Shown one piece after another: positions 21,805-31,364 of a stretch of DNA of 64,000 nt (its first letter is position 1; each line of letters opens with the position of its first letter). The position numbers and the translations under genes were made by a program. Source of the stretch: an uncultured Acidobacteriota bacterium (lineage in GTDB: Bacteria; Acidobacteriota; JAQAZP01); assembly GCA_963836075.1 (NCBI GenBank), contig CAWIIB010000001.1, forward strand, positions 1,408,001 through 1,472,000. Direction: 5' to 3'. Under the pieces are notes generated by a model, which had not been told where the DNA came from, did not search any database, and was given only the letters and a program-made list of their open reading frames with translations.

Positions 21805-22787
21805 ATGAGCCTGAAAGCCGGAAGCGCGTTTTCCGGTCCGACTCCCGTCCCGCGGTGGGCCCGGCGGTCTCGCCCTGCGGCCGACGGCGACCGGGAGGGA
21901 CGCCACCGGTTCGACGTTCCCCTGCTCGTCCTGCTGCTCTGCGCCATCGTCTCCATCCGTCTGGTCTCGCTCGGCCTCTATCCGCTGATCGACAAGTCCG
22001 AATCGCGCTACGCCGAGATCGCCCGGGAGATGGAGTCGAGCGGAGACCTGGTTGTGCCCTGGTTGATGGGTGAACCCTTCATGGCCAAGCCCCCGCTCTC
22101 CTTCTGGCTCTCCGCGGCGAGCATGTCCATTTTCGGCCACACCGATTTCGCCGTCCGGCTGCCATCGTTCATCCTCCTGCTACTCACCGCGGGCCTGCTC
22201 TTTGCCGTCGCCGTCGATCTGTTCGACCTCAGGACGGCCCTCCTGGCGGTGGTAATCCTCTGTTCGATGCCGCTCCATTTCGTCCTTTCCGGAGTAGTCT
22301 CGCCGTAGATATCCTCGAGAGCGGAGTGCCTGGGGGTCTTCGACGGCGACTGGGGCTCGGTCTGCTGCGGGCGGTAAGCCTTGACTACTATGCCCTGGAC
22401 GTCTACAGGCGACGTCTGGTATCACGGCGCACTCCCCTGGTTCTACGACCACGATGCTGGTGCTCAGCTTCGCGGCGCCCTGGATTCCTGCTGATGGAAG
22501 GCAGCAATCCCGGGTGTAATAATACTCAATTACTCTTCTCCACCAGCCGCTGTGGCCAAGCCTTCCCCTGGACGTTTTTCTCGCACCTCTGGCCGAGGTT
22601 CCGGGCGTTCAAGACATTCCGTGGGGACCCGCAGGGGTTTCTCTTGCTCTGGGCCCTCACTCCGATGGTCTTCTTCACCTTTTCCTGGAGCACTGTGGTG
22701 ACCTACGTCTATCCGGGGCTTCCCGCGCTGGCCCTGCTCATCGCCGGGGCGCTTCGGGCGGTGCCGAAAGGGGAACCGGCATGCTGA
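21805..22787 (+). pseudogene. Degraded ArnT/GT39-like glycosyltransferase (Ara4N transferase family)
   Basis: YPLIDKSESRYAEIAREM...PFMAKPPLSFW...FAVRLPS, then a stop at 22308. Later fragment FPWT...LLLWALTPMVFFTFS...YVYPGLPALALL. Much shorter than a full ArnT. Confidence 0.7.
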
Positions 22788-23170
22788 AACGGTCGCACAT
22801 CACGTTCGCGCTCTGGTTTCCCTTCCTGTTCATCGGGCTGGTCTTCTTTTTTTACGACAGGATCGATGGCTATTCGCAAAAAAAAATGGTCACGGAATGC
22901 CAGGCATGGGCCGATTCCGAACAGCGTCCCATCCAGTTCGATGGCTGCTTGAAGTATTCCGGGGCCTTCGATGCCGGCAGCGGCTCGACCAGAACCGGCG
23001 GGGTTAAAATGAACCGGGGGACGAGCCGGGCTGACGGTTCCGGGTCCCTGGTGGTGGTGGAAAAGGGTTCCCCACAATATCTCGGTTACGCCGGCGACGG
23101 CCATTTCCGGTTGATCGCCGAGAAAGACACGTATGCCATTTTCAAGAACCTGACCGTGGTCTCCCGTTGA
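22781..23170 (+). CDS. Hypothetical membrane-anchored protein (may be a remnant of the ArnT periplasmic C-domain)
   Basis: 129-aa ORF with one N-terminal TM, overlapping the previous fragment. Confidence 0.45.
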   Translation: MLKRSHITFALWFPFLFIGLVFFFYDRIDGYSQKKMVTECQAWADSEQRPIQFDGCLKYSGAFDAGSGSTRTGGVKMNRGTSRADGSGSLVVVEKGSPQYLGYAGDGHFRLIAEKDTYAIFKNLTVVSR

Positions 23171-23255
23171 AACGAAAATGATCCACCATATATCCCAAGG
23201 ACATCTCCCAGCCCTTACCCACTCAGCCAAGCGCTCATGAGCAAAGAGAAATGCA

Positions 23256-23846
23256 ATGAAATTTTCTTCGCCGTCCACTTGGCCGGGCATTCTGAAACAT
23301 GGCACGGCACCCTGGCTTCCGGTCGTTTGCTCACTCCTGGCCGCGGTCCCGTTCACTGTACCGGCCCAGGCGCAAAGCGCCATGGAACAGGCGGGTGACA
23401 TCCTCCAGGTGCTGATCCCATCGGCGGCCTACACCACCACCTTCATCAAAAAGGATCCTGAGGGAAGGAAGCAGTTCTACTACTCCTTCTTCTGCACCTT
23501 CACCATCACCCAAAGCTTGAAATACAGCATAAACAGCCAGCGCCCGGAAGGGAACGGCGGGCATTCCTTCCCCTCCGGACACACCTCGGCCGCCTTCCAG
23601 GGAGCGACATTCCTTCAACGGAGATACGGCTGGGGCTACGGCCTGCCGGCTTACATCGGCGCGGCCTTCGTTGGTTACAGCCGGGTGGAGGGCGAGTTGG
23701 ACAAGCACTATCCCGGTGATGTGCTGGCTGGTGCGGCCCTGGGAATCATCAGCGGCTACTATTTCACCGAATCACCAAAGAGCTACTCCAAATCACCGAT
23801 CATCGACCAGGGCCGCTACGGTGTGAGCTTCAAACTGAAGTGGTGA
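23256..23846 (+). CDS. PAP2 family phosphatase (LpxE/lipid A 1-phosphatase-like)
   Basis: KYSINSQRP, SFPSGHTS and SRVEGELDKHYPGDV (PAP2 motifs C1-C3); signal peptide. Confidence 0.88.
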   Translation: MKFSSPSTWPGILKHGTAPWLPVVCSLLAAVPFTVPAQAQSAMEQAGDILQVLIPSAAYTTTFIKKDPEGRKQFYYSFFCTFTITQSLKYSINSQRPEGNGGHSFPSGHTSAAFQGATFLQRRYGWGYGLPAYIGAAFVGYSRVEGELDKHYPGDVLAGAALGIISGYYFTESPKSYSKSPIIDQGRYGVSFKLKW

Positions 23847-23855
23847 ATCCCCCCG

Positions 23856-23910
23856 GCCACGGGACAGCCGCCACCGGTCCCGTGGACTGAGAACATGCCG
23901 GAACGGGCTC
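23856..23910 (+). repeat. Direct repeat copy 2 (~55 bp)
   Basis: gccacgggacagccgccaccggtcccgtggactgagaacatgccggaacgggctc. Confidence 0.85.
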
Positions 23911-23926
23911 AGCGCCCTGGCGGAAG

Positions 23927-24292
23927 TCAGGGAGCGATACCCACCACCGTACAGTTGCCGGAAGCGGTGTCCCCAGCCGGCGGATAGGGCGGCTGGTTGT
24001 AGGGCGACGGCGTCACGTCCTCCACCACCAGGGTGAAGGTGTTGGTGCCGATCACCGTTCCGATGGCCGGGATGGTGGTGTTCCAGCCGGTGATATAACT
24101 GCCGTCCGCGTCGATATTGGTGTATCCCGCCCGCCAGTTCCCCACGCTGGAACCGTTGGCCAGGGCCACGTTGATCCGTCCCGCCATCCGCCGGCCCAGC
24201 CCGGAATACTCGTTGTTGATCGTCACGGTAAATGATGCGGTGAACGGCACCGTGCCCGATCCCGGCAGACAGGTGAGATCCGTCGACACCGT
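23927..24292 (-). other. Shared C-terminal domain, copy 1 (candidate sorting/anchoring signal)
   Basis: TVSTDLTCLPGSG...AGRIN...WRAGYTN...EDVTPSPYNQPPYPPAGDTASGNCTVVGIAP-stop. Confidence 0.85.
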
Positions 24293-25708
24293 GGATGCCG
24301 AGACATAGCCCAGCGTCCCGTCCGCATTGACGTTCTGACCGATGATGTCCAGGTGCCCGGCGCGGTCATCGGACCAGGCCAGGATGGCGTACCCTTCGCT
24401 GCTCATGGCGGCATTGAGCCGGCCCTTGCCACTGGGCAGGCTGCCGGCCTCGACGATGTCACCGGTCCAGACGAAGTCGCCGTTGCCGTCCACCCGGGTG
24501 GCCTTGATCACGTCGTTGCCATAGCTGGGCGACTCGATCCAGAAGGCCATGGCGCCGTCACCGTCCTGCAGCGTGTTGATGAAGGTGCGGGTGGGGACGC
24601 CCACGGGAACCAGCTCCTTGCCCGAGGTGCCCCAGAGACGGAGGCCGAGACTGGAGAGCTTCTGCCCGTACACCCCGTGTTGCGACTGGCTGGAGTTCAG
24701 CTCGGTCCAGAAGACATACATGTTCCCGGTGGCCGGGTCAAAGGAGGCGTCGGGGGAAACCCGCAGCCGCGTGGCATTGGTGGAAACGCTGACCCCGTTG
24801 TGTGCGAACTGCTCGCTGCCGTCGGAGAGGATGCGCTGGGCGTAACACTGCAGCACGCTGGTGCCATACCAGGAGAAGACCGCGCCGCCGCTGCCGTCGG
24901 TGGTGAAGGTGGGGTAGTTGCCGAACTGCAGCGAATCACCGTCGAAGACGATGACGTGCGGCCCGGGGGTGGTCCACATGGCAACGCCTTCGGCTGAGAT
25001 TTTCTGGGCCCAGAGGTGCTTGGGATCCCAGAACATCGGCCCCCACTTGACCCAGGAGACGATCACATGGCCGTAATCGGAACCGTGGATGTCGGAGATG
25101 GAGAAATTGGCGGCGCCGGTGTCGGAGAGGACCACGCCGGTCCCCCACTGGGGCACTCCGTCGTTAGTCAGTTTTTGCAGTTTGGTAGTTGACGCTTCGG
25201 TCCACCCCACCACCACGTTGCCGTCAGAGGTGCCGGCGATCCGGGGGGAATAGACCTCTTCGCCGCTGGTCAGCTGTATGCCGTTGGCCCCCCAGAGCAT
25301 GGCGCCGTCAGGGTCCACCATCACAGCCGTAATCCTCGTGGCGCCGAAACGGTCGTCACGGAAAGCCAGCACCGCGTAGCCGTAATTGTCCACGTCGAGG
25401 CCGTAGTCCTCGGTGGAGCTGAACGAGCGGTCGGCGATAAGCATGCCGTTGTGGGCCCACTGCTCGTCACCGGCCGCATCGAGGCGCTGGAGGTAGACGT
25501 CGTAGCCGCCGGCGGCATTGTCGAACCAGCTGATGTAGCAACCGCCGTCGGAGGTGGGTGCGATCTTCGGCTGGGCCTGGTCCGCCGTGCGGTCAGCAAT
25601 GGCCAGGTTCACCGCCGGATCCGTGGACCAGGCCGCGTGGACACTGGGTGCCCAGACAAGGAGGGCAATGATGATCAGCGAGACGAGGACGGGGGCGAAA
25701 CGTTTCAT
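23927..25708 (-). CDS. Secreted repeat-rich (beta-propeller-like) protein with the shared 'PYNQPPYPP' C-terminal domain
   Basis: Signal peptide MKRFAPVLVSLIIIALLVWAPSVHA; repeated DGxGG..(S/A)W...YxQ(R/K)xxxxG...W units; C-terminal ~120-aa domain also found in 62090..63646. Confidence 0.85.
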   Translation of the reverse strand: MKRFAPVLVSLIIIALLVWAPSVHAAWSTDPAVNLAIADRTADQAQPKIAPTSDGGCYISWFDNAAGGYDVYLQRLDAAGDEQWAHNGMLIADRSFSSTEDYGLDVDNYGYAVLAFRDDRFGATRITAVMVDPDGAMLWGANGIQLTSGEEVYSPRIAGTSDGNVVVGWTEASTTKLQKLTNDGVPQWGTGVVLSDTGAANFSISDIHGSDYGHVIVSWVKWGPMFWDPKHLWAQKISAEGVAMWTTPGPHVIVFDGDSLQFGNYPTFTTDGSGGAVFSWYGTSVLQCYAQRILSDGSEQFAHNGVSVSTNATRLRVSPDASFDPATGNMYVFWTELNSSQSQHGVYGQKLSSLGLRLWGTSGKELVPVGVPTRTFINTLQDGDGAMAFWIESPSYGNDVIKATRVDGNGDFVWTGDIVEAGSLPSGKGRLNAAMSSEGYAILAWSDDRAGHLDIIGQNVNADGTLGYVSASTVSTDLTCLPGSGTVPFTASFTVTINNEYSGLGRRMAGRINVALANGSSVGNWRAGYTNIDADGSYITGWNTTIPAIGTVIGTNTFTLVVEDVTPSPYNQPPYPPAGDTASGNCTVVGIAP

Positions 25709-25849
25709 AACCGATATCCTCCGGTTGCTGGTGCGCGGAACCGCTTGTCGCGGCTGTAAAGATGAGGGAGGCTCGACACAACAGCGTTGGAAAAGAACCA
25801 GGCAAGCCCGAAACTGCTACGGTAAAGATAAGCCTGGCGGGGCATTCTG

Positions 25850-26758
25850 TCAATCAGCGTTTTGGGCGCGGGTTGCGGGTTGCGGGCCCAGCTGGGCCAG
25901 GAGCATTCCGCCCAGCATCAGGGCACAGCCGGCCATCATGCGCAGGGACAACTGCTCACCGAGGATCATCCAGCCGCCGAGAACGGCAAAAACCGCTTCG
26001 GTGCTGAGAATGATGGCCGTGTGGGCCGGCCGGGCGTGACGCTGGGCCACCACCTGCAGGGTAAACGCCACTCCCGTGGACAGCAGCCCGGCATAGAGGA
26101 TGGGGAGCGCCGCGCCCCGCAGGTCCTGGATGGTGGTCGCTTCCCGGGCCAGTGATACCAGCAGGCTGAACAGGGAGCAGACGGCAAACTGCAGGCAGGC
26201 CAGGAGGATCACGTCGTACCGCCGCACCAGCCAGCCCACCAGCTGCACGTGTAACGCCCAGGCCACGGCGCTGAGCAGCACCAGGGTGTCCCCGGTGGCG
26301 AGGGTCCACGTCCCGGTGAAACTGAGCAGGTAGAGGCCGGCAATGGCCATCAATGCCCCGGCCCAGGCGCCGGCTGCGGTCCGCTGGCCCCAGGCCAGAC
26401 CGAGCAGGGGGACAAAGATCACGTAGAGCCCGGTGATGAAACCGGCCTTGCCCGCCGTGGTGTAGACCAGGCCCGTCTGCTGCAGGGACGACCCGATGAA
26501 CAGGATCAGCCCGAGGGCGGCGCCGGCGGCCAGCGTGGCGGAAGCGCCGGGTTTCGGCCCCTCGGTGGTCATGGCCGCACGCCGCCGGCGGGTCAGGGCC
26601 AGCACCGGCAGCAGGAGGGCGGCGCCGAGGGCGAAGCGGACGGCGTTGAAAGTGAAGGGGCCGACGTGCTCCATGCCCAGACGCTGGGCCACGAAGGCGA
26701 AGCCCCAGATGACCGCCGACAGCATGAGCAGCAGGTTGGACCTGGATACGCGGCTCAT
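25850..26758 (-). CDS. DMT/EamA family transporter
   Basis: IWGFAFVAQR, GPFTFNAVRF, TTAGKAGFITGLY and STEAVFA; about 10 TM segments. Confidence 0.92.
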   Translation of the reverse strand: MSRVSRSNLLLMLSAVIWGFAFVAQRLGMEHVGPFTFNAVRFALGAALLLPVLALTRRRRAAMTTEGPKPGASATLAAGAALGLILFIGSSLQQTGLVYTTAGKAGFITGLYVIFVPLLGLAWGQRTAAGAWAGALMAIAGLYLLSFTGTWTLATGDTLVLLSAVAWALHVQLVGWLVRRYDVILLACLQFAVCSLFSLLVSLAREATTIQDLRGAALPILYAGLLSTGVAFTLQVVAQRHARPAHTAIILSTEAVFAVLGGWMILGEQLSLRMMAGCALMLGGMLLAQLGPQPATRAQNAD

Positions 26759-26796
26759 CGGATCCCCTCTTCCGTCCCCGACGGAAAACACAGCTG

Positions 26797-26873
26797 GGGC
26801 CGTCAGGATGTTGCCTCTTCGCTCCGGTCGCGAAACGCTCCAACGTCACTAAGAAACAACATCCTGACGGCCC
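26797..26873. repeat. 17-bp perfect inverted repeat with 43-bp spacer (MITE/REP-like or terminator)
   Basis: gggccgtcaggatgttg (26797-26813) ... caacatcctgacggccc (26857-26873). Confidence 0.75.
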
Positions 26874-26954
26874 TGAATTCCCGCAGCAAACAAAGGGCCG
26901 GGTGTTACCACCCGGCCCAAGAGTATCACTCAACCGCAGACGAAATCTTCCGTC

Positions 26955-28589
26955 CTATTCCTCGGTGAGGAATGGATAGCGGAAATCCTTCGGCGGGATG
27001 AAGTTTTCCTTGATCGTCCGCTGGGAGATCCAGCGCAGCAGGTTGGTGGCCGAACCGGCCTTGTCGTTGGTTCCCGAGGCCCGGCTGCCGCCGAAGGGCT
27101 GCTGCCCCACCACCGCGCCGGTGGGTTTGTCGTTGATATAGAAGTTTCCCGCCGCGTGGCGCAGCGCATCGGACGCCTCGAGGATCGCCTTGCGCTCCTG
27201 GGCGAAGATGGCGCCGGTGAGCGCGTAGGGCGAGGTGCTGTCACACACTTTCAGCGTTTCGCTGAATTCTGCGTCGGGATAGACGTAGATGGTGATCACC
27301 GGGCCGAAGATCTCCTCCTCCATGGTTTTGGTGTGCGGCTGTTTGGCCAGCACCACCGTGGGCTCGATGAAATAGCCCTTGGAGTCGTCATACCCACCGC
27401 CGGCGATGATCTCGCTGTCCGGGTCGTTCTTCGCGTGGTCGATGTAGCCGCTGATGCTCTTGAAGGCGGCGGCGTCGATCACCGCGTTCATGAAGTTGGT
27501 GAAGTCACAAACGTCGCCCATCTTGATCCCGGCGATGTCGGCCAGCAGGCGCTCCTTGTATTCGGGCCAGAGCGACTGCGGGATATAGGCCCGGGAGGCG
27601 GCCGAACACTTCTGCCCCTGGTATTCGAAGGCGCCGCGAACGGTGGCGGTGACCAGCGCCTGGAGATCGGCACTGGGGTGGGCGAAGATGAAGTCCTTGC
27701 CGCCGGTCTCACCGACGATGCGGGGATAGGTCTTGTAGTTGCTGATGTTGTCGCCCACCGTCTTCCACATGCCCTGGAAGACCTCGGTGCTGCCGGTGAA
27801 GTGCACGCCGGCAAGGTCGGGATGGGCCATCACCGGGTCGCCCACCGTGCCGCCGGGGCCGGGGATCAGGTTGATCACCCCGTCGGGCATCCCCGCCTCC
27901 TGGAGAAGCTTCATGATGTAGTACGCGGAATGGACCGAGGAGGAGGCCGGTTTCCAGAGCACGGTGTTGCCCATCAGTGCCGGAGCGCTGGGCAGGTTGC
28001 CGGCGATGGAGGTGAAGTTGAACGGCGTCACGGCAAAGACGAACCCTTCCAGCGGCCGGTGTTCGAGACAGTTCCAGACCCCGTCCAGCGAGAAGGGCGG
28101 CTGCCCCTCGTAGATCTCCTGCATGTACCAGGGATTGAAGCGCCAGAAGTCGATCAGCTCGCAGGCGGAGTCGATCTCGGCCTGGAAGGCGTTCTTGCTC
28201 TGACCGAGCATGGTGGACGCATTGAGCACCTGGCGGTAGGGACCGGTGAGCAGTTCGGCGGCCTTGAGCATGATGGCGGCCCGGGAGTTCCAGGGCATCG
28301 AGCCCCATTCCTTCCACGCGGCAGCGGCGGCATCGGCGGCCTGGTTCACTTCCGCGGCGCCGGCCTTGTGGTAACGGCCCAGGATATGCGCGTGGTCGTG
28401 GGGCATGCGGCAGTCGCCCATGTTCCCCGTCTTCACTTCCTTGCCGCCAATGATCAACGGGATCTCGATCTCCTCGGCGGCCATCTGCTTCAACACCGCC
28501 TTGAGGTCGGCCTTCTCCGGCGAGCCCGGGCCATAGGGGTAGATCGGTTCGTTTTCTGGTGGCGGAATCTGCAGGATGGCGTTGTTCAT
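26955..28589 (-). CDS. pruA: L-glutamate gamma-semialdehyde (P5C) dehydrogenase
   Basis: NEP, EIDSACELIDF, PFNFTSI, FTGST, GETGGK, FEYQGQKCSA, EEIFGP and SGTNDKAG. Confidence 0.95.
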   Translation of the reverse strand: MNNAILQIPPPENEPIYPYGPGSPEKADLKAVLKQMAAEEIEIPLIIGGKEVKTGNMGDCRMPHDHAHILGRYHKAGAAEVNQAADAAAAAWKEWGSMPWNSRAAIMLKAAELLTGPYRQVLNASTMLGQSKNAFQAEIDSACELIDFWRFNPWYMQEIYEGQPPFSLDGVWNCLEHRPLEGFVFAVTPFNFTSIAGNLPSAPALMGNTVLWKPASSSVHSAYYIMKLLQEAGMPDGVINLIPGPGGTVGDPVMAHPDLAGVHFTGSTEVFQGMWKTVGDNISNYKTYPRIVGETGGKDFIFAHPSADLQALVTATVRGAFEYQGQKCSAASRAYIPQSLWPEYKERLLADIAGIKMGDVCDFTNFMNAVIDAAAFKSISGYIDHAKNDPDSEIIAGGGYDDSKGYFIEPTVVLAKQPHTKTMEEEIFGPVITIYVYPDAEFSETLKVCDSTSPYALTGAIFAQERKAILEASDALRHAAGNFYINDKPTGAVVGQQPFGGSRASGTNDKAGSATNLLRWISQRTIKENFIPPKDFRYPFLTEE

Positions 28590-28976
28590 CTGGTCTCTCC
28601 TCCTGGAAACAGCAATCGAAATCTCTGGACTCGGGTCTCGGCACATCAGGAACCGTCACCCGTTGAACGGCAGCGAGACAGAGTCCTCATTTAGCACAAC
28701 ATGGCCGGGAAGTAAACCGTCAGGCCCAACTTCCCGGCAGGATGGGAAACATATTCCACAATGTTAGTTTATTGGTCGAATTTTGCCCTCTGCAGTGGAA
28801 AAATTGTTCCACCTGCTGTGGATGGAGGACGATGTACCAGCACTGTTTCTTGAAGAATCCTGTCTCGGACCTAGGGGAATGTTAGTTTCAGAAATCGTAT
28901 TCTCCTTTCATTTTAAACGATTTATGCTCAATCACCACTGCGCCGCCTCCATTCGGCGCACACTGTTTCACCGGTC

Positions 28977-28992
28977 AGGCATGGGACTTGCA
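28977..28992 (+). promoter_or_regulatory. Putative sigma54 (-24/-12) promoter
   Basis: aGGCATG-ggac-TTGCA resembles TGGCACG-N4-TTGCW with exact GG-N10-GC spacing; AT-rich region upstream. Confidence 0.55.
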
Positions 28993-29128
28993 GTTTCAGC
29001 CTGACACGTGCCGGTCGATTCGGGAGGCTGATCAGCCACCCACAGGGCCGGGAGGATGGATCAACTGTCCCGCCGCCGCCCGGAGGGGAGGCGGCAGAGC
29101 GCAAGGGAACAGAGCGGAGATCTTTTAC

Positions 29129-29350
29129 ATGTTGAAACTGGTAAACATCGCCGAGTTGGAACGATTGGAATCGACGCTGCAGAACAGCAAGCTGATCCAC
29201 CGTGTCCTCACCGACTACCTCCTTGACAGCAACGTGACCAGCAAGGAGGAAGAGGAATCGATTCGGGAGAGGTTGATCCAGATATCCATGGAAAAGGTTT
29301 TCAAAAAAACCGGCTGCTTCCTGCCAAACAAAGGAGGCATGAGCCAGTAA
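29129..29350 (+). CDS. Small hypothetical helical protein (73 aa)
   Basis: MLKLVNIAELERLESTLQNSKLIHRVLTDYLLDSNVTSKEEEESIRERLIQISMEKVF...; GGAGA upstream; protein-like composition. Confidence 0.6.
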   Translation: MLKLVNIAELERLESTLQNSKLIHRVLTDYLLDSNVTSKEEEESIRERLIQISMEKVFKKTGCFLPNKGGMSQ

Positions 29351-29495
29351 ATCCGCACTTCCCGGATTTGTCCCACACCATAACCCCCTACCTTAACCGG
29401 GATCGACACGCATCCCCCCCACCTCCCCCCGGGCAAGGCCTGCGCAAGCAGGCCGCCGCCCGCCGCCCTTCTCACCAAAATCCCGAAGTTGAAGT

Positions 29496-31337
29496 TCAAT
29501 CATGGCTGAGGTGCTCGTGGATCTTCCGGGCGAGATTCTGTGATATCCCCGTCACGCCGGCGATCTCGTCGGTGGTGGCTTCCCTGAGTTTGGCCACGCC
29601 GCCAAAATGGGCCAGCAGCGCCCGGCGGCGGGCCGGCCCCACGCCGGGGATCTCGTTGAGCACCGAAGAGAGGGACTGGCGTCCGCGGAGCTTGCGGTGG
29701 TAGCTGATGGCGAAGCGGTGAGCCTCGTCGCGGATCCGCTGGAAGAGCAGGCGCGCGGCCGACCCCTCGGAGAGTTCCACCGGGGCCGCCCGACCATCGA
29801 GATAGATCCGGTCGCCAAGACCACCGGCTTCCCGACGGTGGTCCGCTCTGCGTTCCTTGGCGATGGAGGCCAGCACCGGTCCTTCCACCCCCAGATGGTC
29901 CAGGGCGGTCCGGGCCACACCCAGCTGGCCCGGACCGCCGTCCAGCAGGATCAGGTCCGGCAGGTCCCACCCCTCCTGGTGTTCGATGGCCCGCCGCAGG
30001 CGGCGCTCCAGCACCTGGCGCATCATGGCGTAGTCGTCCGGCGGACCGTCCCAGCGGACCTTGAACCGGCGGTAGCCCGACTTCTCCGGCAGACCACCCA
30101 CAAAGGTGACCATGGAGGCGGTGGCCGTCTGGCCCTGGGTGGTGGAGACATCGAAGCACTCGATCCGTCCGGGGCGGACGTCGAGGTCCAGTTCGCTGCC
30201 CGCCTGGTCCACCAGGGCCGGACCGTCGGTGCCGGTGCGGCCGGCTTCCAGGGCCCAGCGGGCATTCTCCCGGGCCAGCCGCGCCAGCCGCGCCTTGGGC
30301 CCCCGCTGGGGGAAGGTGAAACGCACCCGGCGTCCCCGGAGATCGGTGAGGCGCTCCTCCAGCACCGCCCAGCCGGCGGGACGCCCGGCAAAGACCACCT
30401 CCGGCGGGATTTCCCGTCCTTCCACCGCATAGTACTGGTTGACGAAGGACGCGGTGAGCTCGCCGGTGGGCAGGTCCCGGTTGTCGAAGAGGTGGTTCTC
30501 CGAACCGGAGAGCCGGCCGCCGCGCACGGCCATCGCCTGGATGGCCAGCCGGGGCCCCGAGCGGAGCCAGCCGAAGATGTCCCGGTCCTCGTCCCGCTGG
30601 TCCACCACCAGCTGGGACTCCAGGGTCTTTTTGATGTCGGCCACCCGGTCCCGCAACAGGGCCGCCTTCTCGTATTCCCGGCGCTCCGACGCCTCGTACA
30701 TCTCCGTCTCCAGACGGCGCACCACCGCCTTTTTCCGGCCGCGGAGGAAAAGCACGGCACCGTTCACCACCTCGGCGTACCCCGCCTCGTCCACCAGGCC
30801 CACACAGGGGGCCAGGCACTGGCCCATCTCGTGGTACAGACAGGGCCGTTTGCGCTGCCGCATCACGGCATCGGTGCAGTGGCGCAGGGGGAAGATGGTG
30901 CGCACCGAGCGCAGCGTCTCCTTCAGTGCCCGCTTGGAAGCGTAGGGGCCGAAGTAGGCCGCCCCGTCCCGCTTGCGGAAACGGGTGACGTGGATCCGGG
31001 GAAACGGCTCCTTGAGGGCGATGCGGATACTGACGTAGGTCTTGTCGTCGCGATAGGTGACGTTGAAGCGCGGCCGGTGCTTCTTGATCAGGATGTTCTC
31101 GAGGATCAACGCTTCCTTCTCGGTCTCGGTGACCACGAAATCAAGATCGGCCAGCGCGGCCACCAGCGCCGGGAAAAGGGCGCGACCGTCGCCCCGGCCC
31201 CGGGTGACATAGGCGCTGACCCGCGAACGGAGATCCCGGGCCTTGCCGACATAGATCACCTTACCGCCGTCATTCTTGAGCAGGTAAACCCCGGGCCGCC
31301 GGGGGAGCCGCCGTACCTTGTTTCTGAGGCGCTCCAT
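29496..31337 (-). CDS. uvrC: Excinuclease ABC subunit C
   Basis: GIY-YIG (PGVYL..IYVGKA), RIECFDVS, DLILLDGG, RDEAHRFA and HhH IPGVGP. Confidence 0.96.
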   Translation of the reverse strand: MERLRNKVRRLPRRPGVYLLKNDGGKVIYVGKARDLRSRVSAYVTRGRGDGRALFPALVAALADLDFVVTETEKEALILENILIKKHRPRFNVTYRDDKTYVSIRIALKEPFPRIHVTRFRKRDGAAYFGPYASKRALKETLRSVRTIFPLRHCTDAVMRQRKRPCLYHEMGQCLAPCVGLVDEAGYAEVVNGAVLFLRGRKKAVVRRLETEMYEASERREYEKAALLRDRVADIKKTLESQLVVDQRDEDRDIFGWLRSGPRLAIQAMAVRGGRLSGSENHLFDNRDLPTGELTASFVNQYYAVEGREIPPEVVFAGRPAGWAVLEERLTDLRGRRVRFTFPQRGPKARLARLARENARWALEAGRTGTDGPALVDQAGSELDLDVRPGRIECFDVSTTQGQTATASMVTFVGGLPEKSGYRRFKVRWDGPPDDYAMMRQVLERRLRRAIEHQEGWDLPDLILLDGGPGQLGVARTALDHLGVEGPVLASIAKERRADHRREAGGLGDRIYLDGRAAPVELSEGSAARLLFQRIRDEAHRFAISYHRKLRGRQSLSSVLNEIPGVGPARRRALLAHFGGVAKLREATTDEIAGVTGISQNLARKIHEHLSHD

Positions 31338-31364
31338 TGGCGATGCCCCATGGAGGATACCGGG

